Origin: Bdellovibrionota bacterium
GTDB lineage: Bacteria; Bdellovibrionota_C; UBA2361; OMII01
Assembly: GCA_044356215.1 (NCBI GenBank)
Contig: JBIKWQ010000009.1
Span: 1 to 59,938 of the forward strand
Reading direction: 5' to 3'
Length of the DNA stretch: 59,938 nucleotides
Of the stretch, positions 41,771 through 51,920 are shown piece after piece. How positions within the stretch are numbered: the first letter of the stretch is position 1; the number at the start of each line of letters is the position of its first letter. Below the pieces are notes generated by a model, which had not been told where the DNA came from, ran no database searches, and saw nothing but the letters and a program-made list of their open reading frames with translations. A program made the translations under genes and the position numbers.

Positions 41771-42022
41771 CTAATCAACGAGCCTGTACGTTGTTATCTG
41801 TGTATCACCTCTCACTACGACAACTAAGCCGCCGCTCTGAGCTGCTCTTAAAGCCAACCTTTTAAGCCGCTCTGCCAATTCGACTATGGCTGCCGAGGCT
41901 TTGCGGGTTACAATCCACTTATCTCCCTCTACCTCCTCCGCATACTGCATTACAAAGTTAACCATCTCTTCATTTATGCCGCGCTGTGACATTCGTGCCT
42001 TCATGTGCTTGGTTTTTCTCAT
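41771..42022 (-). CDS. Small DUF4258-like protein, 83 aa (start moved to ATG 42022)
   Basis: 'TKHMKARMSQRGI' and C-terminal 'VVVV....ITTY'; GGAGG ribosome-binding site upstream. Confidence 0.65.
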   Translation of the reverse strand: MRKTKHMKARMSQRGINEEMVNFVMQYAEEVEGDKWIVTRKASAAIVELAERLKRLALRAAQSGGLVVVVRGDTQITTYRLVD

Positions 42023-42664
42023 ACCGCCCTCCATAAACACAAAGTACACGATATAATACGCGAAGTAAAGTCTTTACTTTTCTTTTTTTGGCATTACTTC
42101 TTCCTTCTGTTTGTTTTCGCCTTTTCTTTCTTAGTTCCAACTGCTTAGCCTACTCCTCCCTTCCCCGCGCATCGCTACCCCCAGAGAATATTGGATAGCC
42201 GGACTGTGAGAGGGCAGTCAACATGCGTGGGGCGGCTCTTCTGTAACCGGCTCCTTTCCGCTACGGCGTCTCAGGTCGTTCTCTAAATGACCTTCAAAGG
42301 ACCGACCAATTCGCAAACGTAAGATACTCTGGGCGGTTCAATCTGAAATCGAAGATTTATATCGCTACTCGTCGTGCTGAGGTAAATAGTCGCGGTGCAA
42401 ATCGAGCTACACCATTTCATTTCCAAACGAAGTCGCCGCAACTTTTTAAGTTTATCGCTAGAATAAGGTTTAACTGGCCTGAAGCACCGATCTACAAAAC
42501 CCGAAGATCTTGCCTAGTATGTCAGTTGACCTATACTCAGCGAGAGATGCGGGCAGAGTTGAGGCGATTGCTCCGCATTGGATAGAGTCCGAGACTTTAG
42601 CTACCTGCAGCCTCAAAATTGCTGTGAATCGCCCTCTCGATTAATCTAGTTCCCAGGATCCCCC

Positions 42665-44626
42665 ATGACTTTTGACCTCAGTACTCTCCTCCACATGTTC
42701 GCAAAATCCACAAAAGGGCCCTTTGGAATACCGGTTGAGGCCCCTCTGTTTCTCTGGGTTGGCTCGGGCACACTACTCATCTCTCTGATTTATGTTTTGA
42801 GTCGTTACTGGAATAAATCAAGTAAACTATCAAAAGCTTTCAAAAATCGAAGCTCTCAAATTTTAAGTATTCAGAGCGAAAAACGTCATATTGATGGATT
42901 CGGCTTGGATGAATTGAGAGAGATAATGGAGAACGACCCAAGCCTTCGCGACTCCTGGTGGGAATTCCAGGAGACTATCCTACATTTCCAGGACAATCGA
43001 GTATTTAACACTAGACAAGCAGAGGAGTTTTTTAAGGAAGACAACCTAATTGAAACAAAAATCAACTCGCGATTCTACTCGGCCTATCCCGGTCTGCTTA
43101 CCAGCATCGGACTACTCCTTACCTTTACAGCGATCTTAATGGGGCTCAGCTACATTCACAAAGACTCCCAAGGCCGTCTATCCGGGGTTGAGGACTTAGT
43201 TTACAGTCTATCTGGCAAATTTCTGTCGTCTATCGTGGCTTTGGCATGTGCTGCCCTTTTTACATGGTTCGACAAATCCACATCAAAGGGCCTCCACACG
43301 GCATATCAGCGATTTGTTTCCTCACTCAATAAACGGCTAGCCAGAATGCCAGCCGAACGGCTGCTTCAGGTTATCCAAGATAATAATGAACAGCAGGCAA
43401 ATGCTATTCGCGGAATTGCCACTGACCTTGCCGATCCGATTACCAAAGGAGTACAGGAGGGTATGGGACCTCTTGTTGAGCGCATCGCTTCCGCGATTGA
43501 GGAGCTTAACAAGCAGAAAAAGGAATCCATCTCGGAATCAGTTGGTGACATGATGAGGGAATTCAAGTCATCGCTCGTTAGCTCTACGGGGAGTGAATTC
43601 AAAGTTCTAGCCGCGTCAATCGAAAGCACCGCAAATTTAATCAGCCAAATGAACGACTCACAGGAACAGACTCGTAGCCGTACCGACGAGATGATCAAAA
43701 GCTTTGATTCGCTCTTGGCCAAGCAAAACGATGCCTCTCAGCGACAGCTCTCGCAGATAACCCAGGCGATGGACCAGATTCTAGAAGGGGTTTCGGCGCA
43801 GACAGCCAAGTCATCTTCAGCGATCGGCTCATCCATAGACACGGTTCTTGAAAAAATTGCCCAGGTTACCTCGGAGCAGATGGCGCAGAGCTCTCGGCAC
43901 AACACGGATATCTCAAACGCTTTATCCGAGGTACTTTTACAATTAAGAGAGACCTCAAACTCCTCCGCCTCAACCATGCAGAGTTCGATTCATACCGTCT
44001 TGGAGGAAGCAAAGACGTTACGCGCCTCAACCTCCGAGAAAATGCTTGAGATGATGCGCCAGCAGGTCGAAAATTCAGCTACTATAAGCGAGGCCCGTCG
44101 TGCTCTTGAGGAGTCGATATCCCAATTCAAGGAGGCAGTGAGTCAATCGGCGAGATCGATGCAACTCATCGGAAGCGGCGCCGATGGAATGCAGCGTGGT
44201 CTTGACTCAGTGAGAACTTCGATCGATAAAGCTAGTTTTATTCAGGAGACAACAGCGAACGTATCCAGCCTGGCGGAGGGTCACCTAAAAGAGCTTACGA
44301 GAATAGTGGATGGACAAAGGGGGGTTCTGGATCAGTACGAACGAACATTTGCCATTTTAGACAGAAACACAGCCGCTATTTTGGAGCGCGTAGGCGAACA
44401 ACTCGGAAACTACTCTCGAATTGTTAAGGATGGTCTGGAAACGCACCTTGAGCAATTCGATGAAGCGCTCGGAAATGCCACTGGGAAACTGACCAATACT
44501 GTCCGCAGTCTAAGTGATAGCCTAGACACTCTGATGGAGATAGTTGACAGCGCCTTAAGCTCATTCACTAAGGTTTCAGAAAATTTAGGGCAACGAGCAC
44601 GCGGCGCGGAAAGAGAGGATAACTGA
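42665..44626 (+). CDS. zorA: Zorya protein A (MotA-like TMs plus long helical tail)
   Basis: Three TMs, 'PGLLTSIGLLLTF..I..GL', 'KFLSSI', then about 450 aa of helical tail. Confidence 0.9.
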   Translation: MTFDLSTLLHMFAKSTKGPFGIPVEAPLFLWVGSGTLLISLIYVLSRYWNKSSKLSKAFKNRSSQILSIQSEKRHIDGFGLDELREIMENDPSLRDSWWEFQETILHFQDNRVFNTRQAEEFFKEDNLIETKINSRFYSAYPGLLTSIGLLLTFTAILMGLSYIHKDSQGRLSGVEDLVYSLSGKFLSSIVALACAALFTWFDKSTSKGLHTAYQRFVSSLNKRLARMPAERLLQVIQDNNEQQANAIRGIATDLADPITKGVQEGMGPLVERIASAIEELNKQKKESISESVGDMMREFKSSLVSSTGSEFKVLAASIESTANLISQMNDSQEQTRSRTDEMIKSFDSLLAKQNDASQRQLSQITQAMDQILEGVSAQTAKSSSAIGSSIDTVLEKIAQVTSEQMAQSSRHNTDISNALSEVLLQLRETSNSSASTMQSSIHTVLEEAKTLRASTSEKMLEMMRQQVENSATISEARRALEESISQFKEAVSQSARSMQLIGSGADGMQRGLDSVRTSIDKASFIQETTANVSSLAEGHLKELTRIVDGQRGVLDQYERTFAILDRNTAAILERVGEQLGNYSRIVKDGLETHLEQFDEALGNATGKLTNTVRSLSDSLDTLMEIVDSALSSFTKVSENLGQRARGAEREDN

Positions 44627-45309
44627 TGGAAGGGGAGGGTTCCAATTTATCAGCTTCACTGACAGACATGATGACCTCGCTTATGGTCATTTTTGTCCTC
44701 CTGCTAGTCAATTACCTCCGACAGGAGCAAGGCGCTGCCGATGTTGCCCGGAGTAAAACTGATGAGATGCGTGAAGAGCTAATGAGGCGGCTAGTTGGCT
44801 CAGAGATTCAGGATGTAGAGGTTCGCAAACTTGATAATTATAACTTAGTCGTGATCGTCCCGGAAGATAAGCTGCAATTCGCGGAGGGCAACCAGGATCT
44901 TAACGAGAAAGCAATTGAATTTTTAAATCGCTTTACTCCCCTTCTCCTCGACACGTATGCCCTGTTTGCCGCCGACGTAAGCCTCATAAATGTTGAAGGG
45001 CATACGGACAAGAAACTGCGAAAAGATGCGAAGAATCTCTTCTTTAATTGGGACTTAAGTCAAAGTCGTGCCAGCGCGGTTATGAAATTCATGTTTACTT
45101 TTCCAGACAGGGAGAAGGAAGTATCTCAATTCCAAAGCATCGCCCTATTCGGCGGAAGAGGGCCAATTGAGTGCCCATATGAGATAGACGCGTCAGAGGA
45201 TCTAAGAAAGATGTGTCGAACAGTAAAATTTAAGATTCGTCTGAAATCAAACGAGGAAGCCAAGCAAGCAACAGCAAAGAGCAACTCAGACTTAGAGACT
45301 GGCTCATGA
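44626..45309 (+). CDS. zorB: Zorya protein B (MotB/OmpA-like)
   Basis: TM Asp in 'SLTDMMTSLMVIFVL'; 'VEGHTD', 'NWDLSQSRA'; overlaps the zorA stop. Confidence 0.92.
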   Translation: MEGEGSNLSASLTDMMTSLMVIFVLLLVNYLRQEQGAADVARSKTDEMREELMRRLVGSEIQDVEVRKLDNYNLVVIVPEDKLQFAEGNQDLNEKAIEFLNRFTPLLLDTYALFAADVSLINVEGHTDKKLRKDAKNLFFNWDLSQSRASAVMKFMFTFPDREKEVSQFQSIALFGGRGPIECPYEIDASEDLRKMCRTVKFKIRLKSNEEAKQATAKSNSDLETGS

Positions 45310-46655
45310 CTACTTCTCTCCTTAACGAAGCGATTCAAGCTCTCCACTTACTGGAGCGTATTCCACTGTGCCGACATCCAGTTGACATGGCGCCTTTTAG
45401 GGGAGAGCCCTTCCGTTGCGTTAAACTGAGAAAAACAATCGCGCTACTCGATGACGTCCAGGCCTTGGGTGGTCCTCTAGGGGTTAGTGATGATCTGATT
45501 GAGAAATGGACTGTGCTCCTAGCAGAACGCAATACCTCCGCTCTATCATGGAAAGAGATCAGGAATCTTTGCTGGGAGCCCAAAATAGCAACTCAGCCCG
45601 AGTTTCTGGACCTAATTGAAGTTAACCAGAAAGCTCTATCAAGCTCAGCAATTCAAGGCCTAATCTTCAGTTATCATTCGGAGTATACAGGAACTTCAAG
45701 CAACTCTAGGCTTGAGGAATTTTTAAGGCTACTAATTGAAGAACGTGGCCAATACGTTCCCAGCTTGGCGGTATGGAGGACTCAAATAGACGCCTTAGTG
45801 GGTGGTGCGGCGTCTGAAAACATGTCGGAGCGAATTACCCGTCCAGGTGTTTCTTTTACTCAGTCGTTCGAGACTTTTAGAATATATCCAAATACATCGT
45901 TTGCTTCACACGCGGCCAATCGATCGATCTATCGATATGTCAATCTTTTCTCATCCATGAATGTTGATAGTATAGAGCATTTCTACAAAGAGATTATCAC
46001 GGCACCGATTATCGGAAGAGATACATTCAAAGCAGTCATATCCCGTCTCATCCTTAATCCCATACATGAGCAGAACGAGGATCTAAGAACACGACTGCTC
46101 GCCTACATCATTACAAATAGCGGATTGAGAGACCCTCGTATACAAATTGAGGGATGGATCGGTATAGATGAGCAGGCAAGACAGAGAGTCATTCAGTGGC
46201 TGTCTTCTCAAGACATCGACTTCTTTTTCGGATTACTAATCGGCCGCGAAGACCCACACCGTAGAAGATCCTTTTGGATGGGATACGTTTCTAAAGTCTA
46301 TCGCTCGCGCGCCCTTCTCTGTACGCGCGACAGAGACACATATCAGCGGCAACTGCGAGAACTAGAAACCAGGGGGACATCTTACGGAAACCTCAAGTCG
46401 GCGCCATCGAGTGCCTTTATTCTTGACTTCGGCAAGTTGGTAGTAGTCGAGTTCAGCACAGTGGGCCGAGTTTACCTTTACACCCCGAGCGTGTTTAACC
46501 GAATTATGCCTAACTTCTGGAGTCGAGAGTGCACATCGACGGCTCTAAAGAACCCTGAGCTTGCAATTGAATCCATAACGCACCATCGACATAATCCCGA
46601 GTTATGGCAGGATAAAGTCAGAAATATTATGTCTCGCTACGGCGTGAGGAGGTAG
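45306..46655 (+). CDS. zorC: Zorya protein C (EH-signature-like)
   Basis: 'LRDPR', 'RR.FW..Y', 'VVVEFS..G.VYLY', 'HH....WQ.K'; positioned between zorB and zorD. Confidence 0.85.
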   Translation: MTTSLLNEAIQALHLLERIPLCRHPVDMAPFRGEPFRCVKLRKTIALLDDVQALGGPLGVSDDLIEKWTVLLAERNTSALSWKEIRNLCWEPKIATQPEFLDLIEVNQKALSSSAIQGLIFSYHSEYTGTSSNSRLEEFLRLLIEERGQYVPSLAVWRTQIDALVGGAASENMSERITRPGVSFTQSFETFRIYPNTSFASHAANRSIYRYVNLFSSMNVDSIEHFYKEIITAPIIGRDTFKAVISRLILNPIHEQNEDLRTRLLAYIITNSGLRDPRIQIEGWIGIDEQARQRVIQWLSSQDIDFFFGLLIGREDPHRRRSFWMGYVSKVYRSRALLCTRDRDTYQRQLRELETRGTSYGNLKSAPSSAFILDFGKLVVVEFSTVGRVYLYTPSVFNRIMPNFWSRECTSTALKNPELAIESITHHRHNPELWQDKVRNIMSRYGVRR

Positions 46656-46659
46656 CAGC

Positions 46660-49600
46660 ATGACAGCCACGGAGCTAAACATCGCTAGATTGTCTGATGA
46701 ATTGATGCTTACTGCTACGAGCAAATCGCTGCATTTTAGGTTTCATTCTGGCGGTGAATGTATGACTTCGCCCGCCTTGCCCTGGAGCACCCTCACGAAT
46801 CCGGCGCCTCTGGCCACGAAAATAATCTCTAAACTGCCCTCGCTACTGGAGCAGGAAATCGCCCAGCAAGATGGCATGGAAGTATCCATTTCCCATAGAT
46901 TTATAACTACCCTGGACGACATAGGATTTGATTTTCTATCCGACTGCACTGAATGGTCTCCGTTTACAGTTTCTGTTGGTGCCGTAGGAGCCATTGGCCG
47001 ACCTGATTTTGCCTTCAGAGTTGACCTTTTAACCGGTAACCAAAAAATTTACGGGGAACGAACCGGCCCATTCTACAAAAGGGGCAAGCAAGTTTATCGA
47101 CTCTCACCATCAACTTATCGACTTTTAGAGTGTATTGATACTTTTAATTCACTTCATCCAGATGAAAGAACAAAACCAAGAGCCTTGGAAGCAGCTTATG
47201 AGATTCAGCAATTCACTAAAATCGCTGTAATCGACAGCTACCTAAAGGGTGAGAAAATCCTTCTTCCTCAAAAAGTAAAGCTCGACATAGATGCTGATAG
47301 TTCGGGCTACCTTTCACTAATTCCGCGTTTCGATGGCGTTGATACGAGAGCAATGCGTGATACCTTCATGGCCTACAACTCGATACGAGATGTATATGAT
47401 GTTCGGAACACGGAGGGTGAAAGAGTTAGAGTGGTCGTGAACCCCCAGCTCCAAGGAGTGCTTAAATCCATTCAAGCAGTGCGCCACGTTGGCGGGGACA
47501 TCAGAGACAGAATATTAGTTGATGTTCGACAGGTACTCGATGAAGGAATAGATTTTGATCTCGTTGATATGGATGGCTTCGCCCCTCGTGTCAAGGGAAT
47601 TGGCCACCCTCCTCACAGGGCAAAAATTATACATAAGCGTCCCTCACGAGATTGGGCAGATTCGCAAGCCATCTCCAACTTGGCGCAAGAGCTATGCTTA
47701 GAAATCGCGACAAATAATGGCACCAAAAGAATTGAGTTTAACTCAGCAACTGAGTTAAACGAACTTAGTAGCTTAGTGACCAGCGCGGTGGAAATCGGCC
47801 AAGCTGCGGTAAATTTTAAAGGAAACAAGCTCTTTATCGACGATACTCTTGTTGAAAGCCTCAAGGAGGCTGCTGGACTAGTTTATGGTCTGAATTCGCC
47901 TAACGTAGATCCTAAGGCTACTCGCGAAAAACTGAGGAACTGCAGGTATATACTTATTTACTCGAATGAAGAAATGCAGGAATACCAGGAGGGATCGGAT
48001 GACCAGCAAATAGGTATAACGCTTTCGGAACCGGTTCTGCCGCAGTCGCTAAAAACGATTCTCATAAATGATGACCGCCTTGAGCAACCTATTGTGCTTA
48101 AGGCCCATCAGAAGAAAGGACTGCTGTGGCTTCAAAACCTGTTCCGCAATCGCCAAAAGCAGCGTGGCTGTCTGCTAGCCGACGACATGGGCTTGGGCAA
48201 AACTCTTCAGATTCTATCTTTTTTAGCTTGGTGCATCGAGGATGGCTACGTAGAAGGCTTAGGTAATGAGTCGCCTCCCTACGAACCCATTTTAGTCGTA
48301 ACACCTCTAATGCTACTGGACACATGGAATAACGAGATTAATCGTTACTTTGGAAACGACATATTCGATCCTCGAATAGTCCTGTGGGATTCAACCGTAA
48401 AACGCTTAATACGCAATGATCAGAAGCAAAAAGAGGTCGCTTTGGGTGCTCCCAAGCTGGACCTTGCTGAGATCCGTTCTCATCGTCTCATACTTACCAC
48501 ATACGATACTGTGAAAAATTATCAACACTCATTCGGACGTATTCCCTGGTCAGTAATAGTCACCGATGAGGCACAAGATTTTAAGGAGCAAAACGCGAGG
48601 TCAGACGCGCTAAAGTGCCTCCGAGCACAATTTAAGATTGTAGCTACGGGAACCCCTGTCGAGAACAGACTTCTAGACCTGTGGAACCTCCTTGACTATA
48701 TGCAACCCGGAACTATCGTCGGATCTAGCAAGGATTTTTCCGATACATACGAGAAGGGGCTGGATCAAAAAACAGACGCTGAAAGGGAACAATTATCATT
48801 ACAACTTCGACGTCGCCTCAGGTACGGCCGGCCCGATGCCTTTGTCCTTAGGCGCGAGAAGGCGGAATGTCTTGCTGATTTACCTCCTAAAAATGAACAT
48901 ACGATTACAAGCGAACTTTCGCCAGAACAACGAGCGGCTCATGTGAGCTTCGTTACTGCCATTAAGGATACATCCGATAAACCGCACCATTTTGAACTTT
49001 TGCATTACCTCAGAAATCTTTATTTGCATCCGTTATTAGCCCAGGGCGAGACAATTTGTGATGATAGTGCGCCATGGTTAGATAGCTCTCCTAAATTGAA
49101 ATCAGTTGTTGAAGTCATCAAGGAGATCAGGCGAAGAGATGAGAAGGTTCTCATATTCGCGCTTACTCAAAAGATGCAGGATGTCCTTCAAAAGGTTTTA
49201 GGCGACGTCTTCAATTTGCAAATTGACATAATAAACGGGAATCAGCAATCAAGAAGAACAGGTAATACCTCTTATCGACAGGGCATAATAGACCGCTTTT
49301 CAAATAAGGATGGTTTCAACATACTGATCCTTTCTCCCAGGGTCGCAGGGGTTGGTCTAACGATTACCTCTGCTAATAACGTTATCCATTACGAGCGCTG
49401 GTGGAATCCAGCGAAAGAGGCGCAGGCGACAGATCGTGTGTATCGCATCGGGCAGACACGTCCAGTAAACGTCTACTATCCAATTTCCAAGGATCCTCTT
49501 AAACAGTTTACTTCTTTTGACGAAAAGCTTGCTGTTCTTCTAGCGGAGAAAAAGCGCCTGGCAAAGGACTTTCTCACTCCATCGGCAGCCATGAACCTTA

Positions 49601-50166
49601 CGGACAATGAACTAATTGAAAGCTTTTCCTCACCATCATCAGCTAATCAAATAAAAGTATTATCCGATGGGATCGTAATCGACTCTCTGCATAGGGCGAG
49701 AAGGCTGGACGGACATCAGTTCGAGGCCCTTATCGCCCTTCTTTACAGCAAACAGGGCTACCAGGTAATTCTTGGACCTAGAACTCGCGACAGAGGCATC
49801 GACATAATCGCAGCCAACAAAAAGCAAGTATTGCTCATCCAGTGTAAGCACACTTCGAATGATGGCCCGATAAATAACGAAGCCCTTGAGGACCTAGAGG
49901 AGGGCGGATCCTTCTACCGCAGGGAAGTCTTCTCCGTCGCTATGTCACGCTATCTTCCGACAAGAATAGCGTGGACGAACGGCAGATTTGATGCAGAGAC
50001 AAAAGTGTTGGCAGCTCGGATCGGAGTAAAACTATCAGAAGAGCGGGAACTAACGAAGTTGTTAGTTCAGTACCGTCCTAATCTTGCAGACATCGCAAAA
50101 ACGGAAGCTCGCCGCGCCACTTCTCGCGATATAGTTGCAAAAAGATGTGCCGAAATCTGTCCATAG
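46660..50166 (+). CDS. zorD: Zorya protein D (SNF2 ATPase plus Mrr-like nuclease)
   Basis: 'LADDMGLGKT', DEAQ, 'TGTPVEN', 'WWNPAKEAQATDRVYRIGQ'; C-terminal 'DRGIDII...LIQCK'. Confidence 0.9.
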   Translation: MTATELNIARLSDELMLTATSKSLHFRFHSGGECMTSPALPWSTLTNPAPLATKIISKLPSLLEQEIAQQDGMEVSISHRFITTLDDIGFDFLSDCTEWSPFTVSVGAVGAIGRPDFAFRVDLLTGNQKIYGERTGPFYKRGKQVYRLSPSTYRLLECIDTFNSLHPDERTKPRALEAAYEIQQFTKIAVIDSYLKGEKILLPQKVKLDIDADSSGYLSLIPRFDGVDTRAMRDTFMAYNSIRDVYDVRNTEGERVRVVVNPQLQGVLKSIQAVRHVGGDIRDRILVDVRQVLDEGIDFDLVDMDGFAPRVKGIGHPPHRAKIIHKRPSRDWADSQAISNLAQELCLEIATNNGTKRIEFNSATELNELSSLVTSAVEIGQAAVNFKGNKLFIDDTLVESLKEAAGLVYGLNSPNVDPKATREKLRNCRYILIYSNEEMQEYQEGSDDQQIGITLSEPVLPQSLKTILINDDRLEQPIVLKAHQKKGLLWLQNLFRNRQKQRGCLLADDMGLGKTLQILSFLAWCIEDGYVEGLGNESPPYEPILVVTPLMLLDTWNNEINRYFGNDIFDPRIVLWDSTVKRLIRNDQKQKEVALGAPKLDLAEIRSHRLILTTYDTVKNYQHSFGRIPWSVIVTDEAQDFKEQNARSDALKCLRAQFKIVATGTPVENRLLDLWNLLDYMQPGTIVGSSKDFSDTYEKGLDQKTDAEREQLSLQLRRRLRYGRPDAFVLRREKAECLADLPPKNEHTITSELSPEQRAAHVSFVTAIKDTSDKPHHFELLHYLRNLYLHPLLAQGETICDDSAPWLDSSPKLKSVVEVIKEIRRRDEKVLIFALTQKMQDVLQKVLGDVFNLQIDIINGNQQSRRTGNTSYRQGIIDRFSNKDGFNILILSPRVAGVGLTITSANNVIHYERWWNPAKEAQATDRVYRIGQTRPVNVYYPISKDPLKQFTSFDEKLAVLLAEKKRLAKDFLTPSAAMNLTDNELIESFSSPSSANQIKVLSDGIVIDSLHRARRLDGHQFEALIALLYSKQGYQVILGPRTRDRGIDIIAANKKQVLLIQCKHTSNDGPINNEALEDLEEGGSFYRREVFSVAMSRYLPTRIAWTNGRFDAETKVLAARIGVKLSEERELTKLLVQYRPNLADIAKTEARRATSRDIVAKRCAEICP

Positions 50167-50252
50167 TCTCCCATGGATTCACTCTCATTTTGAGAGTTCT
50201 CAGAGGAGTATTGAGAAGAGCGGGAACCGTCTCAAATGGTATTAGCAGAAGG

Positions 50253-50822
50253 TCAAGGCAAACAGAACAAACAGTCAGAGCATATATTGAGCCCCTCATC
50301 CCATGCCAGTTGAGGGTTGGGATATTCCCGACGATAGGTTTCTCGCATAGCCTTTGCTTTTTTACACTCGGGATGATGAAAAAATTCACTTCTTGAGCTT
50401 CCAACTACTAGTCCGGTCCACCCATTTTTTAGCTTTGGCAACCGGTTTGTTATAGCCACTAAAGATGCGGGAGCGCGAACATAATCAACTCGCCGACCGT
50501 CTCTTTCCCATTGCTCGCGGGTAAGCATACCAACGGAGAACAGTTGTGGCGCACAAGCGCCCCATGAGCTCTCTTGGAATTGCCACCGCGTTATTAGATC
50601 TGCTGGCGCCGACATGAACACTTCGAATAGAAATCCTTGGCGGAAGCCCTCTGATTGATAGACATGGCCCTTGGCAAGAACAACACCTCGGTCGTCTACA
50701 GGGAAGATTTCCAAGCTTGTCACATTAGGGAGTGGTGACAGCACTTCAAAATACACATAGCTAGAACTACCTAATGCCCTTCGCCCCCTTTCGGCAAAGA
50801 TAGGTTTTTCGCTCATAAACAT
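50253..50822 (-). CDS. Hypothetical protein with C-terminal Ada-like metal-binding domain
   Basis: 'VGSSRSEFFHHPEC....GL..CSDC'. Confidence 0.6.
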   Translation of the reverse strand: MFMSEKPIFAERGRRALGSSSYVYFEVLSPLPNVTSLEIFPVDDRGVVLAKGHVYQSEGFRQGFLFEVFMSAPADLITRWQFQESSWGACAPQLFSVGMLTREQWERDGRRVDYVRAPASLVAITNRLPKLKNGWTGLVVGSSRSEFFHHPECKKAKAMRETYRREYPNPQLAWDEGLNICSDCLFCLP

Positions 50823-51052
50823 ATATCTCTTCTTTCACTCCATTTGCATCTACGTCAACTGGCGCTAGCGCCCTCAAATTAAGAGGATTAAATTATTATC
50901 TTACAAATGCTACCCGAGTTCTAGACTTTAGAATTTAATTTTATTGAATACAATATAAGTGGAAATCAAAACTAACTATGCCGCCCCATCTCCATCCACA
51001 ACACTCATGCCGTGGCCGCAGTCCGGCGATCAACTGTTGATTCAGTATGTAA

Positions 51053-51820
51053 TTACCGCACCGCCACATCCGGCGAATAACCGCGAATGAAGCTGGAGAT
51101 CTCAGGATTCTGAACGTTTACGAAACCAGATGCAGATCCGTCCTGGCACCCTCTGAAAGTAAAGCTGGTAACTCCAACGATTGAAGTGACTCCATCAACG
51201 GTTTGAGTCGCCGGACCTCCGGAATCACCCTGACAGATGGCACTTCCTGTTGTGTCAAAGAATGCCGCGAACTGACGCGAATCTACTACTGATAGCTCCA
51301 TGTAACCCGCTCTAAAATCGCTAGCTTGCGGTATCGCGGCAGAGTCCTCGTTTTTTCCGTATCCGAAGATAGTTATTTTTTCTCCAACTGCTATTGGGTC
51401 CGATAACAGCAGAGGAACTGGGCCTATGTCCAGCACTCCCTCGATCGTTATCATAGCAACATCGTATGGAGAGGTGACGCTGCCGTTGTACTTCGGGTGA
51501 TTGCGCCCACCAATAATTCTAAAAAACTGTCCATCTGCGAACACACCGGCACCACCCGGCGAAGCTGTAACTTGTGCACAATGAGCGGCTGTTAGCGCGT
51601 CATTAGTGGTTACCATCGTGGCTGAGCAATTCGAGATCGGAACTCCCGTTGCCGAAAACCCGACGATGGCGACTACCGGGCTTCGGCTGTAGTCGCATTG
51701 ATCGCCACCAAAAACCTTTACGTTAAGATCGCTGCATGCGTTTGATCCACCCCCTCCCCCACCACATCCAATCAACGCAGTAATTCCGAGAGTGATGATT
51801 GTTTGTTTAATAGTTCTCAT
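51053..51820 (-). CDS. Lipoprotein S1 serine protease
   Basis: Lipobox LIGC plus poly-Gly; TAAHC, YDVA, GDSGGP. Confidence 0.9.
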   Translation of the reverse strand: MRTIKQTIITLGITALIGCGGGGGGSNACSDLNVKVFGGDQCDYSRSPVVAIVGFSATGVPISNCSATMVTTNDALTAAHCAQVTASPGGAGVFADGQFFRIIGGRNHPKYNGSVTSPYDVAMITIEGVLDIGPVPLLLSDPIAVGEKITIFGYGKNEDSAAIPQASDFRAGYMELSVVDSRQFAAFFDTTGSAICQGDSGGPATQTVDGVTSIVGVTSFTFRGCQDGSASGFVNVQNPEISSFIRGYSPDVAVR

Positions 51821-51920
51821 GGGGTTCCTTTGTGGTTTTTGCTGCCAGTAATTAGCGTTTGGAATGATTAACCCGTGGGTGAAAGGAAAGCCAGGGAGTG
51901 TATCAACTGATGAGTTAGGT
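51746..51920 (-). repeat. Duplicated leader plus signal-peptide cassette, copy 1
   Basis: About 175 bp nearly identical to 53806-53980 (offset 2060). Confidence 0.9.

Noticed and set aside
42665..45309. Flagellar motAB or a chemoreceptor
   Set aside because: The long tail and linked zorC/zorD indicate Zorya.
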